A stretch of DNA of 64,000 nt from Ginglymostoma cirratum (GCA_024137785.1 JAHRHZ010000200.1:1-64000); one strand, 5' to 3'; numbered from the stretch's first letter, positions 24,068 through 36,804 are shown. Program-made: numbers and translations. The notes: generated by a model not told the origin, from the letters alone.

Positions 24068-25429
24068 CGTCAGACATCACGCACTCGGATAGAATTCACT
24101 ACCCATCCCTAATTACTGTAGAGATGGCAGTGACGAGTTACATTATTGAAAAGTTGAATTCTTTAGCAAGTAGGAACAACCGTGATGCCGTTAGGGAGGG
24201 AGTTCCAGAATTTTGACCTAGCAACACTGAAGGAACAGCGACATTTTTCGAACTCAGAATAATGAGGAGTTTGGAGAGGGATGTACAGTGATAGTTCTCC
24301 CGTACATCGCCTGTCATTGTCCTTCAACATGGAGGCAAAATCTCATTGGTCTGGTTTCAGCAGATTCAGGGTTTGTGTTCTGTGTGTAACCGGGAATTCG
24401 TTTACATTTAGCTCATTCACAAGAAGAGAAGTCAATCTTTATTTGCTGACTGGGAATTGTATCCAGGCCTGAGCAATGCAAACTCTGAATGTTAACCAGG
24501 GAACAGTGATCTTGGCATTAACCCTTGTGACCTGAGTTGTACTTATATTTGTGCCTGTTCTTCACGCCAGAGCTATCTTCACGCCAGAGCTAACAGGTTG
24601 ATGCTAACAGGAGCATGTTTCAAGGCGCTGAGGTCTTTTGAAGGGGCAGCACCAATAGTGGCATCGCTCAACTTGTCTGATTCCGGAGCCCTGACTAGAA
24701 ACGTTTAGAGGTTTCTCACTGAATTTGTTCAGGGTCTTGACTCGAAGAGACCATGACTTAAATATAAACATATATTTCGCTGGAGCGGGTCATAAAATTG
24801 CACAGTGATTGTGAAGAAAACGATGGCAAGATCCAGCAGAGAAACACGTCTCAGAGAAAGAGGTTCCAGTGAAGTAGGCATCTGATGGCAAATATGTCTC
24901 TTTTGCCGGTGAATTTCACCTATTAGCAAAATGATGCAGTGACGGACATTATATTTGCTAGTTATTCACCTGTGAATGTTCTTCCCGCCAATGTCCCTGT
25001 TAACACCACAAGTCGACAGGATGAACCCGGCTGCAACGTGTATTGAGCCAGTGGTGTAATGGAGAAGGCGTGTGACTTTGGCTTGGAAGATTGAAATGTT
25101 GTATCCTCCCTCCTTCGAGTGAAGTTGATAGCTTTTCTACTCTTGCAAATTGACAGTTGCTTCCAAAGGGGAATGTATACCCAGCGCTGTTTTTGTCTGA
25201 TTCCCAGCATCTGAAGTGATTTTATCGCTGGGTTTGGGAAATTGAAAGGTTCTCATGACCAAAATGAGTGTGGGACTATCTCAGCTTATTATCCATTTCA
25301 TATCGCAGCTCATGGCAACAGCCCCCTTTGTCAGGAGAACTTTCTTGTGTTGCATGTCACGTTGTCTTTTATCGGGGTACCTTGTATGGGGCGACGTAGA
25401 GTGGATGTGAAGGAGATGGAGGGCATATA

Positions 25430-25635
25430 ATCATAGAACATAGAACATAGAACAGTACAGCACAGTACATATCCTTCGGCCCATGATGTTGTGCCAATCC
25501 GTTATCCTGCTAAGATCAAACTACACTCATACCTTACATTTTACTACCATCCATGTGCCTCTCCGAGAGTTGCTTAAATGTTCCTAATGTATCTGACCGT
25601 TGCCGGCAGCGCATTCCACGCGCCCATCACTCTCA
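25430..25635 (-). mobile_element. CR1 LINE 3' end
   Basis: (ATAGAAC)n tail followed by CCTTCGGCCCATGATGTTGTGCC...GCATTCCACGCGCCCATCACTCTC; interrupts the module relative to ~22490. Confidence 0.85.
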
Positions 25636-25993
25636 GGGGATATGTCTGTGTGTCTCCATCTGTGGCTTAACATGAGGATGAGCTCTTCAAGGGGGTTTTA
25701 AAACAGTTTTATCATCTCAAACTTTAGTTCCATTTGTTGATTACAGGCATAATCTCATTGACTTTTTCTGTCGAAACTTAAGGACACAAAAGATGGTGGG
25801 CCAAATGCTAAAAACTGGGATTAGAATAGATGGATGCATGGTAACTCACCCTGACACGATGGACCGAATGGTCTTTTTTCCACGTTGTAAAAACGTAAAC
25901 ACTGGGTGATTCTGATCTGCAGCAGAAATGAGGAAAAATGAAAAGCCAAAAGCAGTGTCATTGAGAAAAAATTCATACCCAGCCAAAGCGTCT

Positions 25994-26066
25994 TCCCTGA
26001 TAGTCTAATGGTTAGGATTCAGTGCTTTCACTGCCGCGGCCTGGGTTCGTATTCCCGGTTGGCGAA
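25994..26066 (+). tRNA. tRNA-Glu(TTC) pseudogene (best-preserved Glu copy)
   Basis: TCCCTGATAGTCTAATGGTTAGGATTCAGTGCTTTCACTGCCGCGGCCTGGGTTCGTATTCCCGGTTGGCGAA; 1-nt insertion in the T loop. Confidence 0.88.
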
Positions 26067-27120
26067 CGTGCTCTCTCCATTGCTCATTGTTTCCTGCTCA
26101 TGGCAATCCTGACTGATTTTCAGAAGCGGGAAAAGAGACGCGAGATATCCCATTCTATCCCAAATGATTTTCAAGCTGACATGTCACAGCGAAATGAGAA
26201 TGCTGGGAATCTGAAACAGAAACAGCAATTCACAGACAACCTCAGCAGGTCTGGCAGCATCTGTGGAGAGAAACAGAGTTAACTCTTCTGATCAACTGTC
26301 CGTTCGTCAGAACCAGGTTAGTTGTGCACTTCTATATTATAACCTATGGGAAATTATCACTTTTATCTGCCGCAACAATATATTTATCAAAACATCTCCT
26401 TAGTTTCCAACCGAAAGCGTTACAACTTTAAAAGGACTTTATCGGCTCTAATGCTGCTTCTTTTGTCCTGGGTTTGTCCTGTTTAAATGGTTGCCTTTTC
26501 CTTTCCTTTACTGTCAGTTAGCAGACATGTCGAATATGTTGTCTCACATTGTCTCTTTGTAACCACCTCAGCCCTTTCGCGTTCTCTCACTCTCAGTCTG
26601 TCCAGATCCCTCATTTCCGATTTCTGCTCTTTGGAAAGTCTGTAATTAAAATAGTGCTTGACAGTAGAGCTGCTGAGAGGCTTCTCTCACCCCCCACGCC
26701 CCACCACTTCCCCCACCCCGCCGACTTTAGAGCATCGAACTGGGCTGATATTATTCGGATAATGTCTCTGTCCCTTAGGCCTGCGGTAAGGAGACATTTC
26801 TTCCCTGAAAATATGATGAGCTGTTAAACTTTGAAGTAGAATTCCTAATCCACCAGCAAAGCAAAAGCACCACCACCACAATCATTCGATTGTGATGATG
26901 TCTGTCCTGTTGGTGTAAAGAGAAAGAAGAGTGACAGGAGACAAAGAAGATGATCAGCCTGCGTTGTATGCCATTACCACAGCACTCCCCAGTAAAGCTA
27001 CAGTGTGTCTGGCTGCACCCTGCTATTCTGAACAAACTCCAGAAAGGCATGCTCAGCTCTGCCCTGAAAGAAATCAACAATCGAGAGAAGTTCCAACATG
27101 TAACCATGGAAGTAAACTAC

Positions 27121-27194
27121 AGACACTCGTGGGATTTGAACCCAGGATCACCTGTTTACTAGGCAGGCACATCAACCAACTAAGACACAGCACC
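27121..27194 (-). tRNA. tRNA-Thr(AGT) pseudogene or weak gene
   Basis: Reverse complement GGTGCTGTGTCTTAGTTGGTTGATGTGCCTGCCTAGTAAACAGGTGATCCTGGGTTCAAATCCCACGAGTGTCT; AGT anticodon and B-box retained, acceptor stem mispaired. Confidence 0.88.
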
Positions 27195-27649
27195 ATACAA
27201 GAGCATGTTTTTTCCACCAATACATGCCTTTCTCTAACCATACACTCAGTGACACGTTTTTGTATCAATTTTGCAGACAAAACCCCTTTTGCAAAAACGG
27301 ATAGTTCACAGTTGAGCGTTCTCCTCCAAAAATGCACTGAAAGAGTAAATCTCCTCTTCCATTGGGTGAAAACTGATAATTTCACCTGTTTAAACTGACG
27401 GCAAAAACAGGATTGGTTCATCCTCTCAGGGCCCGCATTGACACATACAGAGGGACAGGTTCATTGTAGCGAACTAATCAGGAGTGATGGGTGAGTGGGC
27501 AGTATCGTCTGACCCATTAGAACAGGTCAGATCCGATTCGACATGGCTGCTAACTGACAGAAAAGGAAAAGACTTGCGTTTCTTTTCCTTCTTCTAAAAG
27601 CCAGTCAGTAATGCCGTGGTCACGAAAATCTAGGAGAGAAAAATTTGCA

Positions 27650-27721
27650 TTCCCTAACCAAGAATCAAAGCTGGGCCCCGGCGGTGAGAGCGCCAGAGTT
27701 TAACCACTAGACAATTAGAGA
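27650..27721 (-). tRNA. tRNA-Glu(CTC) pseudogene
   Basis: Reverse complement TCTCTAATTGTCTAGTGGTTAAACTCTGGCGCTCTCACCGCCGGGGCCCAGCTTTGATTCTTGGTTAGGGAA. Confidence 0.82.
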
Positions 27722-27960
27722 AGGCGTTAAATGGGCGTGCTTCATTTCTGGATGATATTGTTTTTGCCGTGTTTTATTTTTGCTCGTTTTGGATGCAGTT
27801 TATTGCTCCCTGTCATCAAGTTTTCTTAGCTTGGAAAAATGCCAGTTGGCACATCGTGTCAGTGCACGTTTTCAGGCATCTGTCGATTCAAGTCCGAATT
27901 TACAGCATTCAGCAGAATGCTTGGTGCTCTTAAGTTTCGAAGCTAAATGTCAATAAGGCA

Positions 27961-28029
27961 TTCACTGACCGGGAATCGAACTGGCAGCATGGACTACACT
28001 GATTCCTAAACACGAGACTACCACAGAAG
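27961..28029 (-). tRNA. Degenerate tRNA-Glu pseudogene
   Basis: Reverse complement ends GTTCGATTCCCGGTCAGTGAA; inverted counterpart of 3211-3282. Confidence 0.7.
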
Positions 28030-28339
28030 ACGTCAAAGTGATTTACATCTTTTCTCACTTCTTTTGCCTTTTCATTTTTCGTCATTTTGACTGCAGACAG
28101 CTTTCCCCGTGTTTTCGAGTTGTTAATAGAGTGGAAAAAAGATCATTCTGCCCATCGTGTCAGTGCGAGTCACCATGCATCCATCTATTCGAATCCCAGT
28201 TTCTAGCATTTGGCCCACCGTCTTTGATGTCCTTAAATTTCAAGGAAAAATGTCAATGAGATTGTCCCTGCAACCAAACAATGGGACTGAAGTTTGAGAT
28301 GATAAAACTGTCTTAAAACCCCCTTGAAGAACTCATCCT

Positions 28340-28707
28340 GTCTACAAAATCATGAGAGGTATAGACAAGGTGGATAGCATGAAGCTTTTTTCCCAGAGTT
28401 GGGGACTCAATTACTAGGGGTCACGATTTCAAGGTGAGAGGGGAAAAGTTGAAGGGAGATTTGCATGGAACGTTCTTTAATCAGAGGGTGGTGGGTACCT
28501 GGAACGCGTTGCCAGTAGAGGTGGTACAGGCGGGCACGATAGCATCATTTAAGATGTATCTAGACAGATACATGAATGGGCAGGGAGCAGAGGGACACAG
28601 ATCCTTGGAAAATAGGCGACAGGTTTAGATAGAGGATCTGGATCGGCGCAGGCTTGGAGGGCCGAAGGGCCTGCTCCTGTGCTGTAATTTTCTTTGTTCT
28701 TTGTTCT
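28340..28707 (+). mobile_element. 5'-truncated CR1 LINE (relatively young)
   Basis: VYKIMRGIDKVD...FFNQRVVGTWNALP...FKMYLDRYM, then GGGCCGAAGGGCCTG and a (TTTGTTC)n tail; interrupts the module relative to ~2890 and ~25680. Confidence 0.92.
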
Positions 28708-29464
28708 TATTCTTGATTTAAGCCATAATGGGAGACGCTCAGACATACTCCCTGAGACTGACAGAGACCTCAGAATTATAAGCGCTCCATCTCTTTCACG
28801 TTCACTCTCCATCGCCGCTGGCAAGGTTCCCCAACAAAATACAACTTTATGAGGACCACATGCAGATTCTCTTGACAATGGGAACCGTTGCCATGAGCTG
28901 GGATATGAAATGGACAGTGAGATGAAAGCGTCCCACACTCACGTTGCCATGTGCAACTTTCTATTTCCAAAGCCCAGCGATCCAATCACTTCAGCTGCTG
29001 GGAATCTGACAAAAACAACATTGGGCAAACATTCCTCTTCGGAAGCAACTGTCAATTTGCAAGGGTTGAAACGCTGTCAACTTCACTCGAGCGAGGGAGG
29101 ATACAACATTGCAATCTTCTAAGCCAATGTGAGACGCCGTAGTCGTTACACCACAGGCTCAACACGTCTTGCAGTATCTTGCATCCTGTCGAATTGTGAT
29201 GTTAACAGGGGCATCGGTGGAAAGTGCATTCACAAGGTGAATAACCAGCAAAGATAATCGCTGTTACTGCTTCACTTCAATGGTCTCCACTTTGGTAATC
29301 GGTGAATTTCTCTGGGAAATGAAACACATTTGTCCTCAGATGCCTGCTTCACTGTCACCTGTTTCTCTGCCACCTGTTTCTCTGCTGAATCTTGCCATCG
29401 TTTTATTCACAGTCATTGCGAATTTCTGCCTCTCGTGTCTTTTTGAAAATTATCTTCTCTCAGC

Positions 29465-29885
29465 TTAAAAATGTGTTCCCTAGTCTTGAAATCTCCCATC
29501 CTACGGAAAAGGCAACTACCATCTATACAATCTATACGTTACATTATTTTATAAACATCTATCAGGTCACCTCTCAACCTCCTAAGCACCAGCGAAAAAG
29601 GGCCAAATCTATCCAAACTTTCATTATAACTCAAATTTTCCATACCAGACAACATCCTGGTCAACCTTTTCTTAACATTCTCCAACTTAATAGTATGCCT
29701 CCTATAACTGTGCGCCCGGAATTGCATACTGTATTTGAAAACAGGCCTCACCAACGTTCTGTGCAACCTTAACATGACTTCCCAACTCCTAAACTGAAAC
29801 GACTGAGCAATGAAGGCAAGCGCGCCAAAAACCACCCTGTCTATATATGATGTAAACTTGAAAGAATTATGTACCTACACCCCTA
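29465..29885 (-). mobile_element. CR1 LINE fragment (paralogue of 1715-2155)
   Basis: ORF 29539..29835: WEVMLRLHRTLVRPVFKYSMQF...RRLRGDLIDVYKIM. Confidence 0.88.
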
Positions 29886-30611
29886 GGTCCCGAAGGGGGC
29901 ACCTCAACAGTGAGACAAAGTCTGGGGGCAGGTGGGGAATAGTTTCAAATTTCTTTGACTTCACGTGTAAAGAAATTTATTGAACACGTGCAGCAGAATA
30001 AGATTGGCAGTTCATTCTCCGTGAAGCATTATAAATGGAACTGAACATTTTTTTTTCAATTAAAAAGTAAAGTTTGAACCTCTCGAGTCGGAAGGGAACC
30101 GTCGCTCAGAGATGCAATTCGTGTTGAAAACTGGCTCCTTAAAGATTTGAGCACATTCCAATGATGTTAGATCCATTTCATACTTTCTGAACTCCATCCA
30201 AGAAATCCACAAATAAGACTTTCTTTTTGCATTTTGAACCCTCCCTTCTTCTCAGAAGCTCTTTATTTTAAGATGATAAAAATTCTGACCAAAGTTGAAT
30301 GCAACATTCGCATGTTTCAATGAGATAAATCTAATTCCTTTTTGATTATTGACCTGTGCGAGTTTGAATAAATTCAAACGAGTTAAGCAGCATTTTTCCG
30401 CAATTTAACTCAGTGCAGTCTGCCATGTGAGGAACGTCTTTGAGCTGAAAAAGATCACCTTTCTATTCTGCAGATATTTCTTCACATTTTGACGATTTGC
30501 AGGATGTTTGTCGATCGTCGAGTCATTTCCCAGTTCACAGAAACTAGTATTTTCCTGTAAACTCAAAATTGCCCTTCCTCGTTACCCTCTTGAGCCACAA
30601 CAACTTAAAAC

Positions 30612-30707
30612 TGCTGCAGGTGAGGCTCCAACTCACAACCTTGGCTTTGCACACGCTTCGAAACTGTCATAGAAGTACTGCACGCTGACCGATTGTGTCA
30701 CTGGAGC
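30612..30707 (-). tRNA. tRNA-Ile(TAT)-derived intron-containing pseudogene (anticodon now TCT)
   Basis: Reverse complement GCTCCAGTGACACAATCGGTCAGCGTGCAGTACTTCTA-TGACAGTTTCGAAGCGTGTGCA-AAGCCAAGGTTGTGAGTTGGAGCCTCACCTGCAGCA; same intron as the copy at 866. Confidence 0.9.
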
Positions 30708-32498
30708 AGCACGTTATTTTAAGTCTCCATATTTCGGGTTATACCTTAACAGTTGGCAAATTGCCTGTGAAGTGGGATATGATCGTCTTCACTCATGGTT
30801 CCTAAGTTATTCGAGGAACTTACGCAGTGCTAAATTGCATTGAAATGTACATTTTCAACATTTTCCTCCACTGTCCTCTGAGCCCTTGATGTTTTTACTC
30901 TGTAGAAATATGTCAATCGCATTCTTGAACAGACTTAATAACTGACATCCACAGTCTCTGGGGCACCGATTTCCAAAGATTCACTTCACTCAGAGTTCTC
31001 TCACCTCAGGCTGCTGTTTGGGGTATGCTCCTGTTGTGGAAAATTAACTTCACCGTGTACCTAGTCCTGCTTCTGGCATGCCCTCTAGCACTCCACTCTT
31101 TTTACATTTGCTGAAGAGTTGCCCTGATCGTGTCATTGTTCCGTGTCACAAGGCTCAGGAAAAGAACACAGAGCAATGTCCAGCAAGATAAATTTTGATG
31201 GTAAAAAGCCGTTAATGCGGCTTTCTGCGTTGTTTAGTTTATTTGCGAGTTTTGCATCATTTAGAATTTTGAAACTGCACTTTGTACACAAGTGAGGTTC
31301 ATTAACATCTGTCCAGAAGGAAGGTTGTTGCCAATACTGGCTCCTGGGAACAGCACTGTGCACTCTCGTCGAGTCAGGAAAACAATTCCTCACAGTTAAC
31401 GTTACATCCCCACCGTCATGGGCATTTCATGCCACAAATTTCTTCACAGAATTTGATTCAGCAACAATTCACCAACTTCGTTCGCAAAATTCAGAAAACC
31501 GACAGGACGCACACTACACCCGCCATCATCAACCCTCACCATTACTTCATTCAAGGACACGTTCCAAGACTTTCATGAAGAGTGAATGCATAAGAATGTA
31601 ACACAAAGTTAAATTAAATTTCACATTTAAAATTGTTAATTAAGAAGAGGCCAGACCTGGATTTAGAATATCAGAATTTCATGTTTAGCACCATAGCCAG
31701 CACTGCAGCCCGTCAATTGAGAAATCTACCCCCGAATTCCCAACATCTACATGGCAACTTGCTCCATGTGCCCAATTGGAAACCTATGTGAAGGAGCATG
31801 GTGACTGATAGAGCGCCTGTGAGTATCCTCAATTGTCTGAACTAAAGTTGTAAAAGGAGCTGTCCATTCCAGTTGTGAGAGCAAAAGGTGAGAAACTTGA
31901 TATACAGTGTTGTAGATTCACCACTGCCATCATCATGATAGCAACATTTAAGAGGCATTTAGACAGACGTGAACAGAAAGGTAATAGAGAAATACACAAC
32001 CATTGGCAGGCAAGTGGGATCAATTCAGTTCAGAATAGTGTTCAGCACAGACCTATGTTGCACTGTTTTACGTTCCACGTTATTGTTGACATTTCTCTGC
32101 CTGAAACTACCCCGAAGGGTGGGAACATGGGAACAGGAAAAGGGCATTCAACCTGGCTGCGCTGACTCGCCATTCATTAACATCATAGCAAATCTAAAGC
32201 TTTTTCCTTTCGCATCCTTACAACCCACCGTGAGAATCTGGATTTATGGATCTCTAAATATATTCAAGGTGACAAATCAAATGTGTAACTGGAATATTAT
32301 GTTGCATTTTCCTGTCAAGTATGCAGATTTGTCGGACGAACAGTCATCTCTGGCTCAACGATGCTCTGAAAACTTGTGGGAGATGGTGATGAACATCCTC
32401 CAGTCAGAAACAGGGACTGGAATTCCAGATGACAGGAAGTGCTGATGAAGCAGTTTCCACAGAACACCATTGGTTCGTTTGTAACCTGAACTGAAAGT

Positions 32499-32583
32499 TG
32501 ACTCTGGGGTTTTTTTGAACCCACACGACCTTCAAATCGCAACATTTTAGCAATCCACTGCACTGTCCATTGCAACAAGAACC
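32499..32583 (-). tRNA. tRNA-Arg(TCT)-derived intron-containing pseudogene
   Basis: Reverse complement GGTTCTTGTTGCAATGGACAGTGCAGTGGATTGCTA-AAATGTTGCG-ATTTGAAGGTCGTGTGGGTTCAAAA..CCCCAGAGTC matches Arg-TCT with a short intron. Confidence 0.75.
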
Positions 32584-33037
32584 ACACTCACGTTCCAATG
32601 GGGCCCGTTATGCTCATATCTTTCATCAAGTAGCTGTCTCGCCGTCGGGTTAGTAAGAATTGTTTGAAATATTGATCAGAACTTTGTGTCGAATGTTAGT
32701 TTAAAATACTCATCAACAAACCCACTGTATAAGCCTGTGCTTCCGATATTTCGTTTTTTTTACCTGTTTGTCTTTCATTCGATGTATGATCATTGGACGA
32801 CAATTTGGGAGGAATAATGGGAGGGAAAATTGTGTTCTCCCTTATTATCGGAATTCAACCTACATTTTAATAGATTTCAGACAACAAGTTCCAACTCTTG
32901 ATTTTTACTTTACCATTAAGTCGACTAATGAAGAATCTCCGGCGAGATAAGCTGACAAGAATTGGATTCCAGCTTTACTTTGTATAAAACTCGCGAGACA
33001 TAACGAAGAAGTGCAGCAGCGAAATAGCTGGAAATAG

Positions 33038-33119
33038 CGACGAGAGTGGGATTCCAGCCCACGCGTGCAGAGCACAATAGATTAGCAGCCCATCACCGTA
33101 ACCTCTTGGCCATTTCGTC
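33038..33119 (-). tRNA. tRNA-Ser(GCT) pseudogene
   Basis: Reverse complement GACGAAATGGCCAAGAGGTTACGGTGATGGGCTGCTAATCTATTGTGCTCTGCACGCGTGGGCTGGAATCCCACTCTCGTCG; B-box mutated. Confidence 0.9.
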
Positions 33120-33929
33120 ACATGCGTAAACAGTGTGACATGTGATCTTGTCAAGACCTCATGTTTCTCTCGCTTGAGTAAATTGTGCAAAGCAGCAGGT
33201 ATTTTGCCCTTGTGTTTGTGAAATGATATGCAGCAGCGTATGATTTCCAGAGTATGGTACGACCTCTGGGTCACTCCCATTGCGACGCACTGCTCACATG
33301 AGCTGAACACAAATGAAAAAAATTCTCAATGATAAGATTAGATGGGTTATGGAGAATGGGTCAGGGTGACATGCTCTGAGGGTCAGTGTGGATTTGGTGG
33401 GCCCAAGGGCCTGCTTCCACACTGTAGGCATTCTATGATCTATGATCTATTGAATCGAATTTGACGAAGAATTGAAGCAGATCGAATGAAAAACGCCGTG
33501 ACAACAGGGATGTGACATTATCTGTGAGGAACTGTTTTCCAGACTCGAGGAGAGTACACTCTGCTGTTCCCAGAAGTCAGTACTGGGACCAGCTCTCTTC
33601 TCGACAGATATTAATGACTCCTCCTTGTTTACAGAGCGGACAACTTCAAAATCCTAAATGAGGCAAACCTCACAAATGAACTGCACAGGGCAGAAACTGG
33701 TCTTTTGTGATGACGTCTGCTGCGCTGAACATCGCTCTCTTGTCATTTTCCTGAGCTTGACCCTTCAAGTATCACTGGTCTATGCTAATAAAAGTTACTT
33801 TGGGTGATGCTTGATCTCACAACAGCGGCATTGAACATGCCTCCATGAGCATGCTTTCTGGAATTTCAATTGATCCCTCATTGTGTTCCATTTTGCACAT
33901 GTTACGGGGAAATTGAGTAACACAATCGC

Positions 33930-34001
33930 TGCTGTGAATCGGATTCGATCAAGAGCTGATACAGTCGCATCACACAGGAAGGGCCTCTATATGGTCACGG
34001 T
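33930..34001 (-). tRNA. tRNA-His-derived pseudogene
   Basis: Reverse complement ACCGTGACCATATAGAGG...GATCGAATCCGATTCACAGCA resembles His GCCGTGATCGTATAGTGG...TTCGAATCCGAGTCACGGCA. Confidence 0.65.
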
Positions 34002-34679
34002 GCTATGCAGCGAGGCATCAGGAAACAGGAAATAAGCTCAGTGCTTGAGGGTGTGACAGCAGCAGCACCAGGCACACAACAGGAATGCTTGCCAAACAGC
34101 GGACTGAGATGAGGGAACACATAATGGAGATAATATTTAGAATTCTGAGCCACAGAAGTGGTGAATGCTAAATATTGCGTCTGTAAAAGGTTGTCATTGA
34201 TAGATTTCGACAGATTTAAAAAAAATCAAGATCTCAGCGAATAGTGTAGAAAAAATGGTGTTGAAGTCAAAGGCCGCCCATGATCACATTGAACAGAGAG
34301 GCGGGCTTGAAGTGCTGAGTAACTGCATCATACTCCTATTTCTTACACTTTAAAATGAAGACTTTCTGTCTTATATTCACTTGGTGAATGTGATTCATTT
34401 TTATGTGGAAATGATTTTTCTCTGAAGTGCGATATTGGATGTATTTTTCAGGGAGCAATCGAGTTTCACATCGGTTACACCAGCAGTTTCCTCAGACAAG
34501 GAAGTGACGACTGATCATATAATCACAGTTCCCAGCCCTGGAATCAGAGAAACTCAATGCCCCACTATTCTATATTTTCAGAGTAAATCTGTTTCTGACC
34601 CTAAATCCCGACCCCTGCATGCCTGATAAACATTAAACGACTTGTCTTCAATCTCAGTTAAAAAAAATTCAAGGACACT

Positions 34680-35155
34680 ACGGGAGATGGCTTGGTATTT
34701 TCCCAAGAATGGATAAAATGGAATGGAATATTTGGTTAAGCTGAGATTGTTCTCCTTGGAACAAAGGAGGCTGGGGATGGGGAGATTTAGAACCACACAA
34801 TAACATTTATAAACATTCAACATTCCCAGGGACCTTGACAGAGTAGACATAGCCAGGTGGTTTGTCTTAGTGTGAGAGTCGAGGATAAAAGGACACAATC
34901 TCAGAACAAGGTATTGCCCATTTAATTCTGAAACGAGGAGGAATTGTTCAGGACCCATAAATTGTCAGGTTTGCTGGGCATTTTGAAACTGAGCTAGACA
35001 GATGTTTAATCAGTAAGACGATCAAGGTTTATCCAAGTAAGGCAAGAGAATGGAGTTGAAGTTTATCAGATCAGCCATGACACCATTGAATAGTGGAGCA
35101 GACTTAATGAGCCTAATAGCTTACTTCTGCTCCTGCGTCATTTGGTCTATGGTCT
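34680..35155 (+). mobile_element. CR1 LINE 3' fragment, degenerate
   Basis: GGACACAATCTCAGAACAAGG..., AGATCAGCCATGA...GAATAGTGGAGCAGAC...ACTTCTGCTCCT are typical CR1 3' end motifs. Confidence 0.7.
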
Positions 35156-35563
35156 CATTGATCGATAAGTTTAAAATTGCGAGGGGATTGGATAAAGTGG
35201 TTGAAAAAGTCTATTTACCTGATCGGGTAGATCAATAACTAGCTGCATTAGCCGATGAAGAACAAATGTGCTGTGACCTGGAGGCGACAAATGGCACTCT
35301 GCATACCACAGATGGAAGGGATGACGGTTGGGGGGTGCATGGTGGTGTTGGTGAAATGGCGTTCCTTTACAGTATTCCAATTTAATCTTCAAATTAATAA
35401 TATTAAAACGATATGTTCTAAGTATTGATTTAGACTTTACTGTCTTGTCGGCGATTCAAGAATCTCTGCTGAGATAAACTGACAAGAATTGGATTTCAAC
35501 TCCAATTTATACAAATGTGTGAGACACAGAGAAGGATGAACACAGCAATAGTGGCCGAAACAC

Positions 35564-35645
35564 CAATGAGAGTGAGATTCAAACCCACGCGTGCCGAGCA
35601 CAATGGATTAGCAATTCTTCGCCTTAAGGGCTCCATCACCTCCTC
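35564..35645 (-). tRNA. tRNA-Ser(GCT) pseudogene
   Basis: Reverse complement contains TTGCTAATCCATTGTGCTCGGCACGCGTGGGTTTGAATCTCACTCTCATTG; flanks homologous to the copy at 33038. Confidence 0.85.
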
Positions 35646-36804
35646 AAACGTGGAAAGCAGCTGACGTGATATTATCAGAATCTGGTGGGGAGAAGCTGGA
35701 GGATGAGAAATTTCCTCAGCAGAATCTAATCTGCACCATTACGTTTCTGATTTTAGAGGAATTATAATATCAGTAAAATCCGAAAAATCCCGTGCTCCTC
35801 TGAAACGGTTTGTTACATTCTGAGTGAGAATTGTGTCAGAATGAACCATCTGACCAGAAATTCCGTCATAATCACACCTACATTTAGGCTTGACTCACCA
35901 TTTCTTCAGTCAGTTTCTCTCTCACATCTTATAATTAATCACAACCTTTTCACTCCCCTCCCTCTGAATTTGCTTTCCACCTAAGACATTTCGGACTATT
36001 CCAGTTGGACTGAGGTCATCAGCAGGAAGATTAGCCGTCAGTCACACCCCACAAACTCTTACCAAACTGATTTATTTTCCATACAAAACATTAAAGAGTG
36101 AAGCCTGAAGGGACAAATGTAGATGTGGGGAAAGTAAAACAGAGTTGGCTGATCAGGGACCTTGCACCAAGCCTTGTGAAACTATATAGGAAACAAATCA
36201 TCATTGCCCGTCAACCTGTTGTTTCTTGCTGCAATTTTGTATCCGATTACCGAGGTGTACTGACGCTAATTTTATTCTTCTTTGAGAGATGTATGTAAAC
36301 AACAGTGTGTCGTTTACTGTAGAAGTGGTGATGATAGTTGGTGTAGCGTGGGACCTGTCCGCATCAATTTTCCAAAGGAAGTTTGTGAAGTCCCATTGAA
36401 AGGAATTCTGTGAAGAATTGAAGCCGATGGAATGAAAAGCCCCGTGGCAGCAGAAATGTAAAATCGTCTGTGAGGATTTGTTTTCCAGACTCGAGGACAG
36501 TGCACAGTGTTGTTCCAAGGAGTGAGTATTGAGACCACCTTTCTTCTGAGTAGATATTAATGAGCCGCACATTTTGGTGCAGCCAATTTCAAAATCCTAA
36601 ATGAGACTAAAACGCGTAGCGTCAGAGATACCCTACTTAATAGACAGAGAAGATTTAGCCCGTTGAGTCCGCACTACCTTTCCGAAGAGCTTCCCACTCC
36701 ACACATGCCCCCACCCCAATCCCCATCAACCCGCATTTACCACGACTGAGCTACTTGGCCTACAAATCCCTCCACACGACGGGACAATTTCCCTTGGCCA
36801 ACTC

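Noticed and set aside
31645-31715. Possible additional Thr-like tRNA remnant on the minus strand
   Set aside because: Only a weak 3'-half resemblance with no recognisable A-box; too degenerate to call.
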